From Protoeuglena noctilucae (taxonomy: Eukaryota), in the NCBI GenBank assembly GCA_958009085.1, contig OY253681.1, positions 620,001 through 684,000 on the forward strand: a stretch of 64,000 bases of DNA, in the 5' to 3' direction. The position numbers and the translations under genes are program-made. Below are positions 37,359-48,412 of this stretch, one piece after another; positions within the stretch are counted from its first letter, which is position 1, and each line of letters starts with the position of its first letter. Under the pieces are notes generated by a model that worked only from the letters and a program-made list of their open reading frames with translations, did not search any database and was not told the origin of the DNA.

Positions 37359-40300
37359 ATGTCGTCGACGCCGGGGAAGAAGGCCGAGAGCTCGGCAGTG
37401 TGGCAGTTCCTCGTGCTGCCCTCGTCCGGTGCGTGCCGTGGCCTTGTCTGAGCTTCGGCAACGCCGCGCATATGCGGAGGGAGAAGCAAATTGTATCTTC
37501 CTAGACGTGGTGCATCACACGCCAGCCCTGGCGCCGCGGGGTGACGCGCGCGCCTCGTCGAAAGGCCGCATGGGTTTGTTTCGCCTCTCACTTGCCCGCA
37601 GAGGCGCCCGCACTGCTGGAGCAACTCGCCGTTCGCGAGGTCTGGGGTCCGGTGGGCGATGTCGATTACACGGTGAGCAGCAGCGCCGCGCCTGGGTTCT
37701 GCAATCAAATTTTGTGTCTCGAGGCAAGGCGCTCCCATTCGCAGCCGGGTGAAGCGCTCTCCTCGGCTTCCGCAGGAGCTGTCCAACTCGGCCACGAGTC
37801 GAGACGAGGCGACGGACAGGTACAGCGACGTGTGCCACCTCTGGTACGGCGGCCCCGGCGACGCCTTCCCTCTCAACATCGTGCATTTGCGGCAGACGCT
37901 GGGCCCCGCGAAGCGCATTGCGGTGAACCGCCTCGAGAATCGCGACCAGGTGCTCCACCTGGGCTCGCTTACCAAGAACCTCCGGGACCTGGAGCGCCGC
38001 ACTGGGGAGCGCATCTCGTGGGTCACGGATTGCCACGTGCTCACGAGCCAAGTCAGCGGGGAAGCGCAGTGGAGCCGCTTTCAGGAGTCGTTCGAGCAGG
38101 TGAGTTCGGGGCGGCTAGCGTGCGCTCAGGCATGCGCTCCCGGCTGCACCAGTGCCTGGGCGACGGATGTGGAGTGCCAACGCGACTCTCCTGCGCTGCA
38201 GAACGTGCGAGATGGGAACGGGAGCCCCGTGGCGACGTGGTGGGTCGTCAAGGACGTCAACGGCCGCTCGCGCTCCAAGTTCGTTGGCAACACGTTGGCG
38301 ACGATCAAGAGCTCCGTCAATTCACGTCCCGCGGGCACCTCGTGTGCGGTGCAAAAGTACATTCCCAACGTGAGTGTCTGGAGTACACCTGTCGGTTGTG
38401 CTATATAGCACCGCCCTGTGTCTAGCTCCTGCGGGGCTCACGCTGTGCAGCAGCGATGGCACAGCAGGCCCATCATCCCCATGCAACCTTCCTACCTCTC
38501 TGCAGCTGCTGGATCTGGACGGCTCCCACATCTCCGTTCACGTGCCCTGCCTGGTGACCCCCGACGGAGCGGTGTATCTCTACGACACGCTCTTTGCGTG
38601 CACGCGGCAGCCGCTGCTCGTCCACGACCCCGTCGACACCCGCGGCCTCGTGCGGAGGGCGCCGCGCACCGGTGAGACGCGCATGGTCATCGAAGATGCA
38701 CCGTCGAGCTGCGGGTCGCAGCGAATCGTAGCGTGTCGTGCGATGCGGCATGGCATGCGGCAGTGTAGGCGTGTGGAGGGAGACTCCACAGCCCTTCGCG
38801 GCGCCGCGCAGTGTCGGCCCCGGGGTTCCTTCCGGACATGGAGCTGTCCCTCGAGGAGCTGGGCCGCATGACGGCGGGGGCCGTGACACAGCAGAAACTG
38901 GCGGCGGAGGTGCACGACCTGTGCCGGGAGATCTTCACCTGCGGCGCGGACAAGATGTGCATCAGCCAGGTCAGGACCGGCCGCAGCAACGCACGGCCTG
39001 CACGGGCTGAGACAAACGCGCTGGATGGGCAGAGAACGTGCTCATGCGATCGGGGCGGTGCGTTGGTGAGCCCAGGAGCGCCTTTCCTGTCGTGTTTCCC
39101 CCGCAGCTTCAGTACACGTTCGAGCTGATGGAGGTGTCCTTCCTGGTCAACAAGGACGGCCACCTGCACCTGCTGAACGTGGTGTCGGGTACGACGTGCA
39201 CGGAGGTGCGGGGCGGGGCCCGCTTCCGGGACGTCATCCTGCCGAGGATGCTCGAGGAGATACTGCAGCTGTGCATCGATCCCATCTACGCGCTCAACGG
39301 TGAGGGACTGAGCGAGGACCTGAGTCGCGACACCCACCCTCACCCTGCACCGCCACATGCTTGTTCAGCAGAGATGCATACGAGCTGCTCTGCACGCTCT
39401 GCCTTGGGTCGCAGCGGAGAAAAAGAGGAACTCGTCCAAGACAGAACTTACGGTGCTGAAGAAGACGTCCCGGACATCCAAGTGAGCGACTGGGTATACG
39501 AGCAGTGATCTACGAAGCTCTTCACGTGGCTGCGCGCCCCAGTCGTTCCGCACCGCCCATGTGCCTTCGCACAGTGCCAATCGGCCTCTGCACGTGTTCA
39601 CACAGCAGTAGCATCACCAGGTAACTTAGTGTCACTTGCAACATCGCCTCGTGCCATGCAGGAAGAAGACCCGCTCCAGCAACCCGGGGGACAGCGACGT
39701 GAACGTGGACTTCGGAGAGGAGATACGCAAATACATCCGTGAGTGCCGCGCCCATGGCACGTCTGGATAGCGAATAACGCGACATCGTTACGATTTTCTT
39801 ATAATATTGCCTATGGCTATGCCCGCAGTGAGCCAGGGGTACCAGCGTGACGCCGACATTGTCGTCAACTCTGCCGACGACACCCTGCGCGCCATCAAGA
39901 CCGTGTTCAATCCCCAGAAGCGCCTGCAGCACTTCAAGCACCTCAGCATCCGCCTGGGTGGCGGCTCCCGCGCCGCCCCGAAGCCCTACTCCCCCGCACG
40001 GTCCCTGAAGGACCGGGGGGGCGGGTCAGGGGAAGGGCCACGCGCGAGGTGGATGATGCTGGCGAGCCCGGCCGCCGAGCGGGTGGCGGAGGCGCTGGAG
40101 AGACGCGGGATGTGGAGGAGCTTCAGTGCAGAGAGCAGGCGAGGAGTGAAGGATCATGGGATGGGCGTCCGTGTGCGCATGTGTCATTCGGACACCCGAT
40201 TCTCACCCCCCTCATCATGACATCATGTTTAGTCTCCCTTTCCCTCTCCCAGGTTCATCCTGGGCCACCAGGGCGGCAACTTGCTCTTGGGTGCCAGTCG

Positions 40301-43300
40301 TCTGTCGTTTGCCGACGTGGTCCCTCGCGTCGGGCTGTGGTGGCCGACCGTGGCTGACTTTTCCATCGACTGGCAGGCCATCCGCAGCGCCGAGGTGCAG
40401 GACCTGCTGGTGAGGGGGCAGGGTCGGGGTCGGGGGCAGCGAATGCGGTATGGCGACAATGCAGTAGCTGGCAAACGACAAGCTCTAAGCGTCGCAGCAT
40501 CGCAGTCAGCACACCGCAGTCTGTGCACATCACGCACATCACATGACATTCTGCACTGGTGCCCTCAGGTGGCGGGCGTCCCGGGTCTGTGGCACTTGAC
40601 GCGCAAGGACATGTTGCCCGCGACGGTCAAGGCCCACGCCCTGCTGACGGGCACCGAGGTGCCACTCTGGATGCCAGAAACACACGTGGTGGCGCCCCTC
40701 ACCCTCGGGGCCTCGGACCTGGCCATGGCCGCCCTCACGCAGTCCATGGTGAGACCATGAGGGCCGGGGTCTGTGATTTGCCGATGTCTTTTGAGAAGCC
40801 ACCCCTTGCATGTGCATTGTAGGCCTGTGATGGATGTCTTTGCACCGCTTCTTGCGACGCCCTACTGCATGGCCAGTAGACCTCTCTGCTTCCGACTCAC
40901 CCCTGTCCCCACCCGTTACCCCTCAGCGCGACCACGCGGTGCGGGGCGAGCCGCTGTGGCTGGCCAAGCCCGCGGACGGTCGGCAGGGCGAGGGCATCTC
41001 GGTAGTGTGCACGCCCGAGCAGGTGGTGGACGCCGTGAGCGCCCGGGGGACCACCGTCGTGGTGCAGAAGTACCTCGAGACGCCCATGACGCTCCACAAC
41101 TGCGTCATGGACCTGAGGGCGTTTGTGTTGGTCGACCCCGCCGGTCACGCGCTGCTCTACCAGCACTTCCTGGCGCGGCGCAACAGCTCGCCCTTCAACA
41201 AGGGAGCCAGCGACGACCTCTTGAAGCACATGATCGTCAGCGAGGTGAGAGTGCTGAGCGGTGACGACCTCCCCTCATCATCCCCACCCACCGCATGTCA
41301 GCTCCCCGGCGCCGCCCAACGCGTCGCAGCGTCGCCAGCACCGCCGCTCACTCTAACGCCTCATCACCCGGTCCCCTTGCTCCTCACCCCCAGGCCCTCA
41401 CGGATCGCATCGCGGTGCTCTCCATGGCAGAGCTGCAAGTGGAGGCGGACATATCATCCAATGCACCGTCAGATGGCAGCGTGCCACTCAGGTGAGGCCA
41501 GTGTAGCAGATGGGCAGGGAGTGCTGCCAAACAGACCACTGCAAGAATCCCAGTCGCTATCCACCCTCGCCATCACAGCATCCCTCCCGTCTTCCCAGTC
41601 GCTCTCACCCATCTTCACATATGCCTCCGCAGGGCCTCGCTCCTGCAGCAGGTGTCAGACGTGGTCAAGTGGGCCATGGCAGCCGTGTCGCCCCACGTCC
41701 ACGCCCAGTCCGCTGACCTACCCCGGGGCATCCGCACCTTCGAGCTCCTCTCCTTCGACTTCGTGCTCAACACACACCGGTGAGACATGCCTTGACAGAC
41801 ACTAGTAGGACTAGTATACTGCTGTTACATGGTACAACTCTTACTTGATAGGAAAGGCACTAAGCAGGCGGTGCCGGTGGACATCCAACGTCGACATCCT
41901 TTTGTGCCCATCCTGACATTGGCCATCCACTCGCCCCACTTGCAGGCAGGTGGTGTTGGTGGACGTCAACGCGTGCCCATCCCTGTCCGCGACGGACGAG
42001 GGCGGCCCGGACAACATCATGATGCACAAGATGGTCGAGGAGATATTGCAGGCAAATTTTACATGGCTCACTTATTGCGTGCGCACCCTACTCATCCTCT
42101 TCCTCCCCCGTCACTCACCCCTCGCTCGCCACTCACAGCACCCTTCTCCGCCCCTCCTCATGTCCACCCCTCGTGATCCCCATTCCACCCATCACCGCAT
42201 CTTCCTCCCCCAGATCTGCGTCGACCCCTACGTCCCCCCCGCCAAGCTCAACGTGCAGGAGATTCGCCTGCCGCAGCCGAGGGGCGCCCCAGAGGCGGTG
42301 CTTCGCCTGGGGCCCCCTGTGCTGTTGAGAGACTTCCTGCCCATCACGAACGTGGGGAGAGCCGAGGCGGAGGCCAAGCCGAAGAAGACGCTCATGAGGT
42401 GAGAGGGAGATGGGCGGGTGGACGATGAGAGGGTAATAGTCAGGCAGATGATGATGGCTGGAGCGGGTTGAGTGAATCAAGTTCTCTCGTTGCTGGACTA
42501 AGTATGGTTACATACAGCATCTGGAGGTCTGGAGTGCATGTACCAGCACCAATGCATCGCCACACCCGCAGGGGTCCCTCCCAGAAAGGCCCAGACTCCT
42601 CGGACGCCGCGCCCAACGTCCGGGGCCTGTCGCAGATTGCGCAGATGGCCAAGGTCTCCAGCCGGCTGCTCAAGGGCCTGGGCGTGGGGGCCAGGGTCGT
42701 GGACGCGAGCGCGGCCGATGCAATGGTGAGGGTCTGGGCGGCGGTGGGGATGCGTGGCGAGAGCGCGCAGCGCAGCAGTCAAGTGCGTTTGCTAGCGGTG
42801 CATGCGATGAGATGACAGGGGGTTCTCGACATGTCTTTTCGGTGCATGTTAACTGCACCATTGTCGGTGTTTGTTTGATTGGCTGCTCAGTACACTCACT
42901 GTCTTTTCGTCATTCTCCTCTCCCGCAGTCGGTGGCGTCGTCCGGGCGTCGGGGGGCCGACAGCGGCCAGGCCGGCTCAGCCGGGCCGGGGTTCATGCCG
43001 ACCTGGGCGGTGCCGGAGGACCACGAGGCAGGCGGCGACGGTGAGTTGTAACCGAACTCTCAAGCGTAAGCCAACATAACGCGGGTCCTGAGTCTGTGCC
43101 AGGCACACACTCGGTTCCAGCAACCTGCCCTCCCCGACCTCGCAGTTCTCTCCGACGCGGTCTCTTTCCCCCACCCGCCCCCTCGCGCCTCTGCCTCGCG
43201 CATACCCCGCATCGCCCCCGCCGCGCACCCCTCGGTGTCAGCCCTCTCTGCCGGGCCATCCCTGCTCTCCCAGCGCCGCATCCGCCTGCTGCAAGAGCGA

Positions 43301-44804
43301 TCCTCGCGCGATGTCCTCGTGCCCCCCCCGCCGCCGCCCCCGCCGCCGCCGGGCCCCGTGCTGCGTCACGGGCCCTCGAGCCTCGCCCGCACTTCGGACG
43401 TGCTGGGCAGCAGCGGGGCGCCGTGGCCGGACGGGGGTTCCCCGCGGGCCCAGGTCACCGAGGGCGACGCGCTGTCCACGTCAGACGACGCTGGGACGCA
43501 GCACACGGCGACCAACAGCGGAGGGGGTGGTGGCACCCACGCCACCGGCAGCTCGTGGCTGTCGGGGCCCCTGCGGAGGGTGGCGGACGCGGTGCCGGGC
43601 GCCAAGCCCGGGATGCGCATCTGGTCGTCCGCGCCGCTGCGGGCAGATGAGGACGACGGGCTGAGCCGGGAAGGGTCGGTGCACGGGGGCGGCGTGGGCC
43701 TGGGGACCGCCCGTGTCACTGCGACAGGCGCAGAGGGGTCAGACCGCTTGGGCCCGTCGCGGCGGTCCATTGAGGACCAGACGCTGCCGGCGCGCGGCAG
43801 CGGGAGGGCGTCTGCGAACCGCGACGGGGCGTTGTTGCCTGGAGGGTACGGGTCACACCACACGGGCGATGGGGACGCGGGGTCCCTGAAGCTGCCGTCC
43901 ATTCGTTCGGGGCGGAGCTCGGTGGGGGTGAATAAGGCCGGGTGAGCGGCGGTGTGAGGAGCGTGGTGGGATGTCAATGACAAAGGGTGTCGTCAGGGAC
44001 TGATGCGGCGTGTATGTGCCACACCTGATGACATGACACTCGCACGGTTACTTGCTGGACGCAGGGAGGGTTCGTCGCTCCAGGTGTGGCTGCTGCGGAG
44101 CAAGGAGAGCCAGCGCGAGGTGTCCGCCGCCCCGTCGCGCGCGAGCGAGGCGGGGTCACGCATGCGCAAGGCAGCGAGCCACATGCCCCTGGGATCGCCG
44201 CCAGGTGAGCGTTGAGGTATATTATGTATTACTCTCGATCCAGGACGACTTCCCACACCAGCGTCTGCCCATGCCATGCACCAGATGGACTCGACTGCGT
44301 TTGCTGTGCAAAGCGCCCCTGCCGCCCACCCCGTCACGCCACTGATACTGTCCCGCTCGCAGGTGGTGGCCAGCCCGTGGTCATCTCCAGGTCAGGCTCC
44401 AATCGCTCCGGGGCCAGCACCACGCGCCGTCTGTCCCAGGACCCCTCCCTGCTCCTGTCGCGCCCCTCAGAGATCGCGCACGCACCGCCTAAGGAAAACG
44501 CACACAAGGTGCGTGATGGGGGGGTGTCAGCTGCACATCCTGGGCCCATACCGTTACATGATAATCATAATGATGTCACTTTGACTCCTCTGCACCCACT
44601 CAGCCACACCCACGTCATTCCAGCTACCAAGCCAACGAATGCTTGCATCTTTGACCTCTGTCGCAGGGCATGTTCGGCCCCGACAAGAAGCTGGCGTCGT
44701 CGTTCCGGAAGGCGGCCCAGGCGGCGTTTGCCAGCGCGTCCTTCAAGGGCCTCATGGAGGCAGCCAAGGCGAAGGAGGCGGCCAAGTCGAAGGGAGCGAC
44801 GTGA
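37359..44804 (+). CDS. Large protein with two tandem tubulin-tyrosine-ligase-like (ATP-grasp) domains and a disordered C-terminus, about 20 exons
   Basis: Domain 1: WWVVK..VQKYIPN|LLDLDG..FELMEVSFLVNKDGHLHLLNV..ILQLCIDP. Domain 2: WMPETH..WLAKPADGRQGEGI..VQKYLETP..MDLRAFVL..FELLSFDFVL..LVDVNACPSL..ILQ|ICVDP. The 5', linker and 3' junctions I traced splice in phase from MSSTPGKK (37359) to TGA 44802-44804. Confidence 0.75.
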
Positions 44805-45137
44805 GGCGACATTCGCCATGTTCTGTGAAGTGACGTTTTACACTTTGGTCACAACAGCACGGTGCACGGCTGCGCCGTCCTTTGCTCAACACTCCTAGGC
44901 AGGCCCCGTGACGGGCCGCAGTCGTAGAGAATCACGTTTAGAAACACCCGCGTCTGTGCGGGCACTTCTAGCGAATTACTCTTAGCGGAGACAACACGTG
45001 ACGGGGCGATCAAGTGCGCGCTCCCCGCTAGTCTAGGTCTAGAGTCGCGCTCTCTTGGACCGCTCTGGAGGCGGTGCATAGTCACGGCTTCTCCTCGGCT
45101 TCTTTTTGACACTTCAAACACGCCAATCGCACATCTT

Positions 45138-46230
45138 CTAGATGGAGAAGGACCCCGGCTGCTGCAGGGCCATGCGCTCGAGCCGCTCGGCCCGGGCCGT
45201 GTCCATTCCCAGCACCGACCGCAGCTCGAGGATCGTTCCGTAATCCGGAGGAACGCGGGGGCTCAGGCTCGTCAATGCCATGCAGTAAAGGTCGTCGACG
45301 TCCTGCAATGCCGCAGAAGGGAGCTGAGGTCAGGCACGGCCCGGGTGCCACCCTGGACCTCATCTGTACCAGCACAGCGACCGCTGCGGGCCGGAGCACC
45401 CACGCCGCACCTGCTCGGACCCCGCCGAGTTCGGCAGAACGGGACTGCGGCAGACTTCGTGCTCCTTAAGCGCCTTCTGCAGCTCCACCACCGCACGCTG
45501 CGTGTTGCGCACGCGGTTGTAGTCCACCGCCCGCTGCACCGCGATGGCCTGCCGCGTCCGCGCCAGCGCCTGCTGGTAGTCCCTGGAGTAGGTCGACTCG
45601 TCTATCGACGACCTGCACGCGGCGAAGCGGGGCCGGAGAACATGCCAACAAGCACGCTGTGTCACGTCGAGGGCGAACACGGGATCTCCTAAGAGGAGGA
45701 GGAGCATATACGCAGGCCATGTCCATACTCACTTGGATAAGTTGTCCCACGAGCTAATGACCTTGTTCTCCCCGCCAATCTTGAGCCACCGGCGCACGGC
45801 ACGCCGGACCGGGTTGTCCACGACGCTCGCGATGACCCCGGCGACGCAAACGATGAAGAAGGCCTGACCTGGCGGGGGAGCCGGGATGAAAATCCCTGCG
45901 CACGTTTGCGGGATGGCGCTGATCAGTGTGGTGCGCCCGGGGAAGGTAAGCGCCGTGTCTTCCCTCCGCACGGCCTTGTCCAAGCATCCACGCCATGAGC
46001 ACATATGCCACAGAACATCGCGCAGCTCGCCTGCTTGCGGTTTCTGCTGCACGATGACGACTTGGCGCTCCCCCTGGCCCCGCGCCGCAGGCGCTGCAGC
46101 GCATCGCAAGCTACCACGAGGCCGCGCGCGCCACCTGCAGAGCACACAAGAGGCAGATGGCAACGTAGCCGAGGCTATGAGAGACTTAGGGGACGCAGGG
46201 AAGGCCTCGGACGCCCGATAAGCATCGGCA
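45138..46230 (-). CDS. Hypothetical single-TM protein, probably plastid-targeted; start uncertain
   Basis: ..RPRGSLRCAAAP.. (transit-like) |GIFIPAPPPGQAFFIVCVAGVIASVVDNPVRRAVRRWLK..|SSIDESTYSRDYQQALARTRQAIAVQRAVDY..|DVDDLYCMALTSL..LELRSVLGMDTARAERLEH..FSI*. Confidence 0.65.
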
Positions 46231-46773
46231 TCTGTCCTCGGCGTGATGGTCGGTTCGCCCGACTGTCTGCCTCTCGCATCTTGGCCAGACGATGCATGAG
46301 GTCAACAATGACCAAGGAGAGCCTCGATCCGCCCCTTGCGCGTGCTCGCCTGCCGTTCAGGAGAGGCGCGCCTCCATGACCACGGCCCGTCGCGGCTGAC
46401 GTGGACGGGAGCCCCGCGCAGCGCTGCATGGAGCAACTACACTCTTCTGTCCTCGATCAGAGCCCAAGGGCGGTCCAGAGAAGGCGTGCCGCCGACTTGC
46501 TGGCAGATGCAGCCTGCCCACCCTGCTCGAGGCCCCACGCGTCGACAAATCGACCGACCCGCTTCGTGACAGACTCCTTGCAACGCTCTGGCTGGGTAGC
46601 GGCGCACCAATGCTTCTCGTCTCCCTCTCTTGCTGAAATCCTTGCGCGTCAATCGTAAGTCCGGCGTGTTTGATGTGATGTGATGATCAGCGATCATGCC
46701 AGCCTCCCATCTGCCTCTCCTGCTGTTCCACTTGTCTGTCGCCTACGTCGTGGCACGCCGCGGGTGGCCCCTC

Positions 46774-48194
46774 ATGGCCATCGGGCAGCGCGAGCGGCGC
46801 TGGATCGTGGGGGGAGCGGAGCAGGACGTGCGGTGCGATGGGCGGCAGCGGGGAGACTTCCGTCGCGTCCAGATAGAGATGGGCGTCGTGCCACAGGTCG
46901 GGACGCTCGCGTTGCCACGACGCGGCATGATGGCTGGAATGCGAGCGATGTTTTTCAGCCTGGGCTCTGCTTCACCCGTGTCGGATGACATGAATGCGTG
47001 AGGATTCCTGTGTTTGTCCCCTGCAGGCCAGTGGCTCGGCCAGGGTGCGCGTGGGCGGCACGGAGGTGCTGGTGGGAGTGCACGGGACCGTGGGCAACAC
47101 GGATGCGGACCATCCCGACCGCGGCCAGCTGCGCATCGGTGTGGAGGTGTCCTCGCTCGCAAGTGCCAAGTTCGCCGGGCGCGGGGGGGAGGACCTCGGT
47201 GCGCCGCAGCATGCCGGAACGCCGCCCTCGTTCTGCAGCCGATTTCGCGCGCAGTGCGCGGCCGCGACTCTCCATCCTCACTGACCGTGCAGGCGCCGAG
47301 TTGACAAAGTCCCTGGAGCGTGCGATGGCAGCGAGCGGGGCGGGGCAAGGCGGGGCGCTGGACCTACGGTGGGACGCCCCTCGCCCTTTGGCGCCCGCCG
47401 CGCCGACGGTTTCCAAGCCGCGAGCATTCCACTGATTACCGCACCGTATGCGCGTCTCGCAGGTCCCTGTGCCTCATTCCGGGGAAGGTGGCGTGGACGG
47501 TGTACGTGGATGCGGTGGTGCTCGGCTATGAGGGCTCCCTTCTCGACGCGACCTCCATCGCGGCGCGCGCGGCGCTGCTGGACACTCGGCTGCCGCGGGT
47601 GCAGGTTATGAACGGAGATAAGGCAGAGGAGATGGACATTGAGGTGGACGATGACCCCACACACAGGTATGCGGCTTGCCAACACCTTTGCCGTGCTCTG
47701 CGCACTCTTGTCAACTTCAGCGGCACCCACCCACCGCTCCCATCACACCCCTTATTCTTGCCAAGCTCTCCTGTCCCGCAGTGTCCCCCTGGATGCCTCT
47801 CAGGCCCCCATCATCGTCACCGTGTCTCAGATCGGACGGTGCTGTGTGGTCGACTGCACTCCCGAGGAGGAGGCGTGCAGCACAGGTGACACTGTGAACA
47901 TTCTCCTTCTGCACTGTGACCACTTTCCTTCTTCACTGCGACTCCGCTTTGCAGCGCACTGCCCTTCGTCACTGTTTGGGTGTATCTGCAAGGGAGAGAT
48001 CAGCCATGCTGAGTTTGGTTGCAGGGTCGTTGGAGGTGGGCGTGACTGCGGGGGGAGAGCTGTGCGGCGTGACGATGAAGGGCGGGAGCCTCGTGGACCC
48101 TCAGCAGCTGGCGGAGATGGCAGAGATGGGCCGGAGAGTGGGGTCGCGCCTCATGTCCGCTGTCACACAGTACGTGCTCAAGACACAGGGCTAG
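46774..48194 (+). CDS. RRP42: Exosome RNase PH-like subunit RRP42/EXOSC7
   Basis: ERRWIVGGAEQDVRCDGRQRGDFRRVQIEMGVVPQ|ASGSARVRVGGTEVLVGV, SLCLIPGKVAWTVYVD, GSLLDATSIAARAALLDTRLPRV, DIEVDDD, PIIVTV..VVDCTPEEEAC. Confidence 0.9.
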
Positions 48195-48412
48195 CGCTGC
48201 CGGGGAGCCATGCATCGTTGGCTCTGTTGCTGGGCAGCACAGCAGGGCCGATGCACTAGCAGCCTCTGGCAATTGCTTTGGGCATGCATGAGGACACGCT
48301 CGACAAGTGCAAAGCTATGCGGGCACTCCTGCGATCCCTGACCTTTCAACAAGTCACGAAGGTCTCCCGAAAGCTACAGCTGAGACCCGGCCGTTATAAC
48401 AAAGGACATGTT

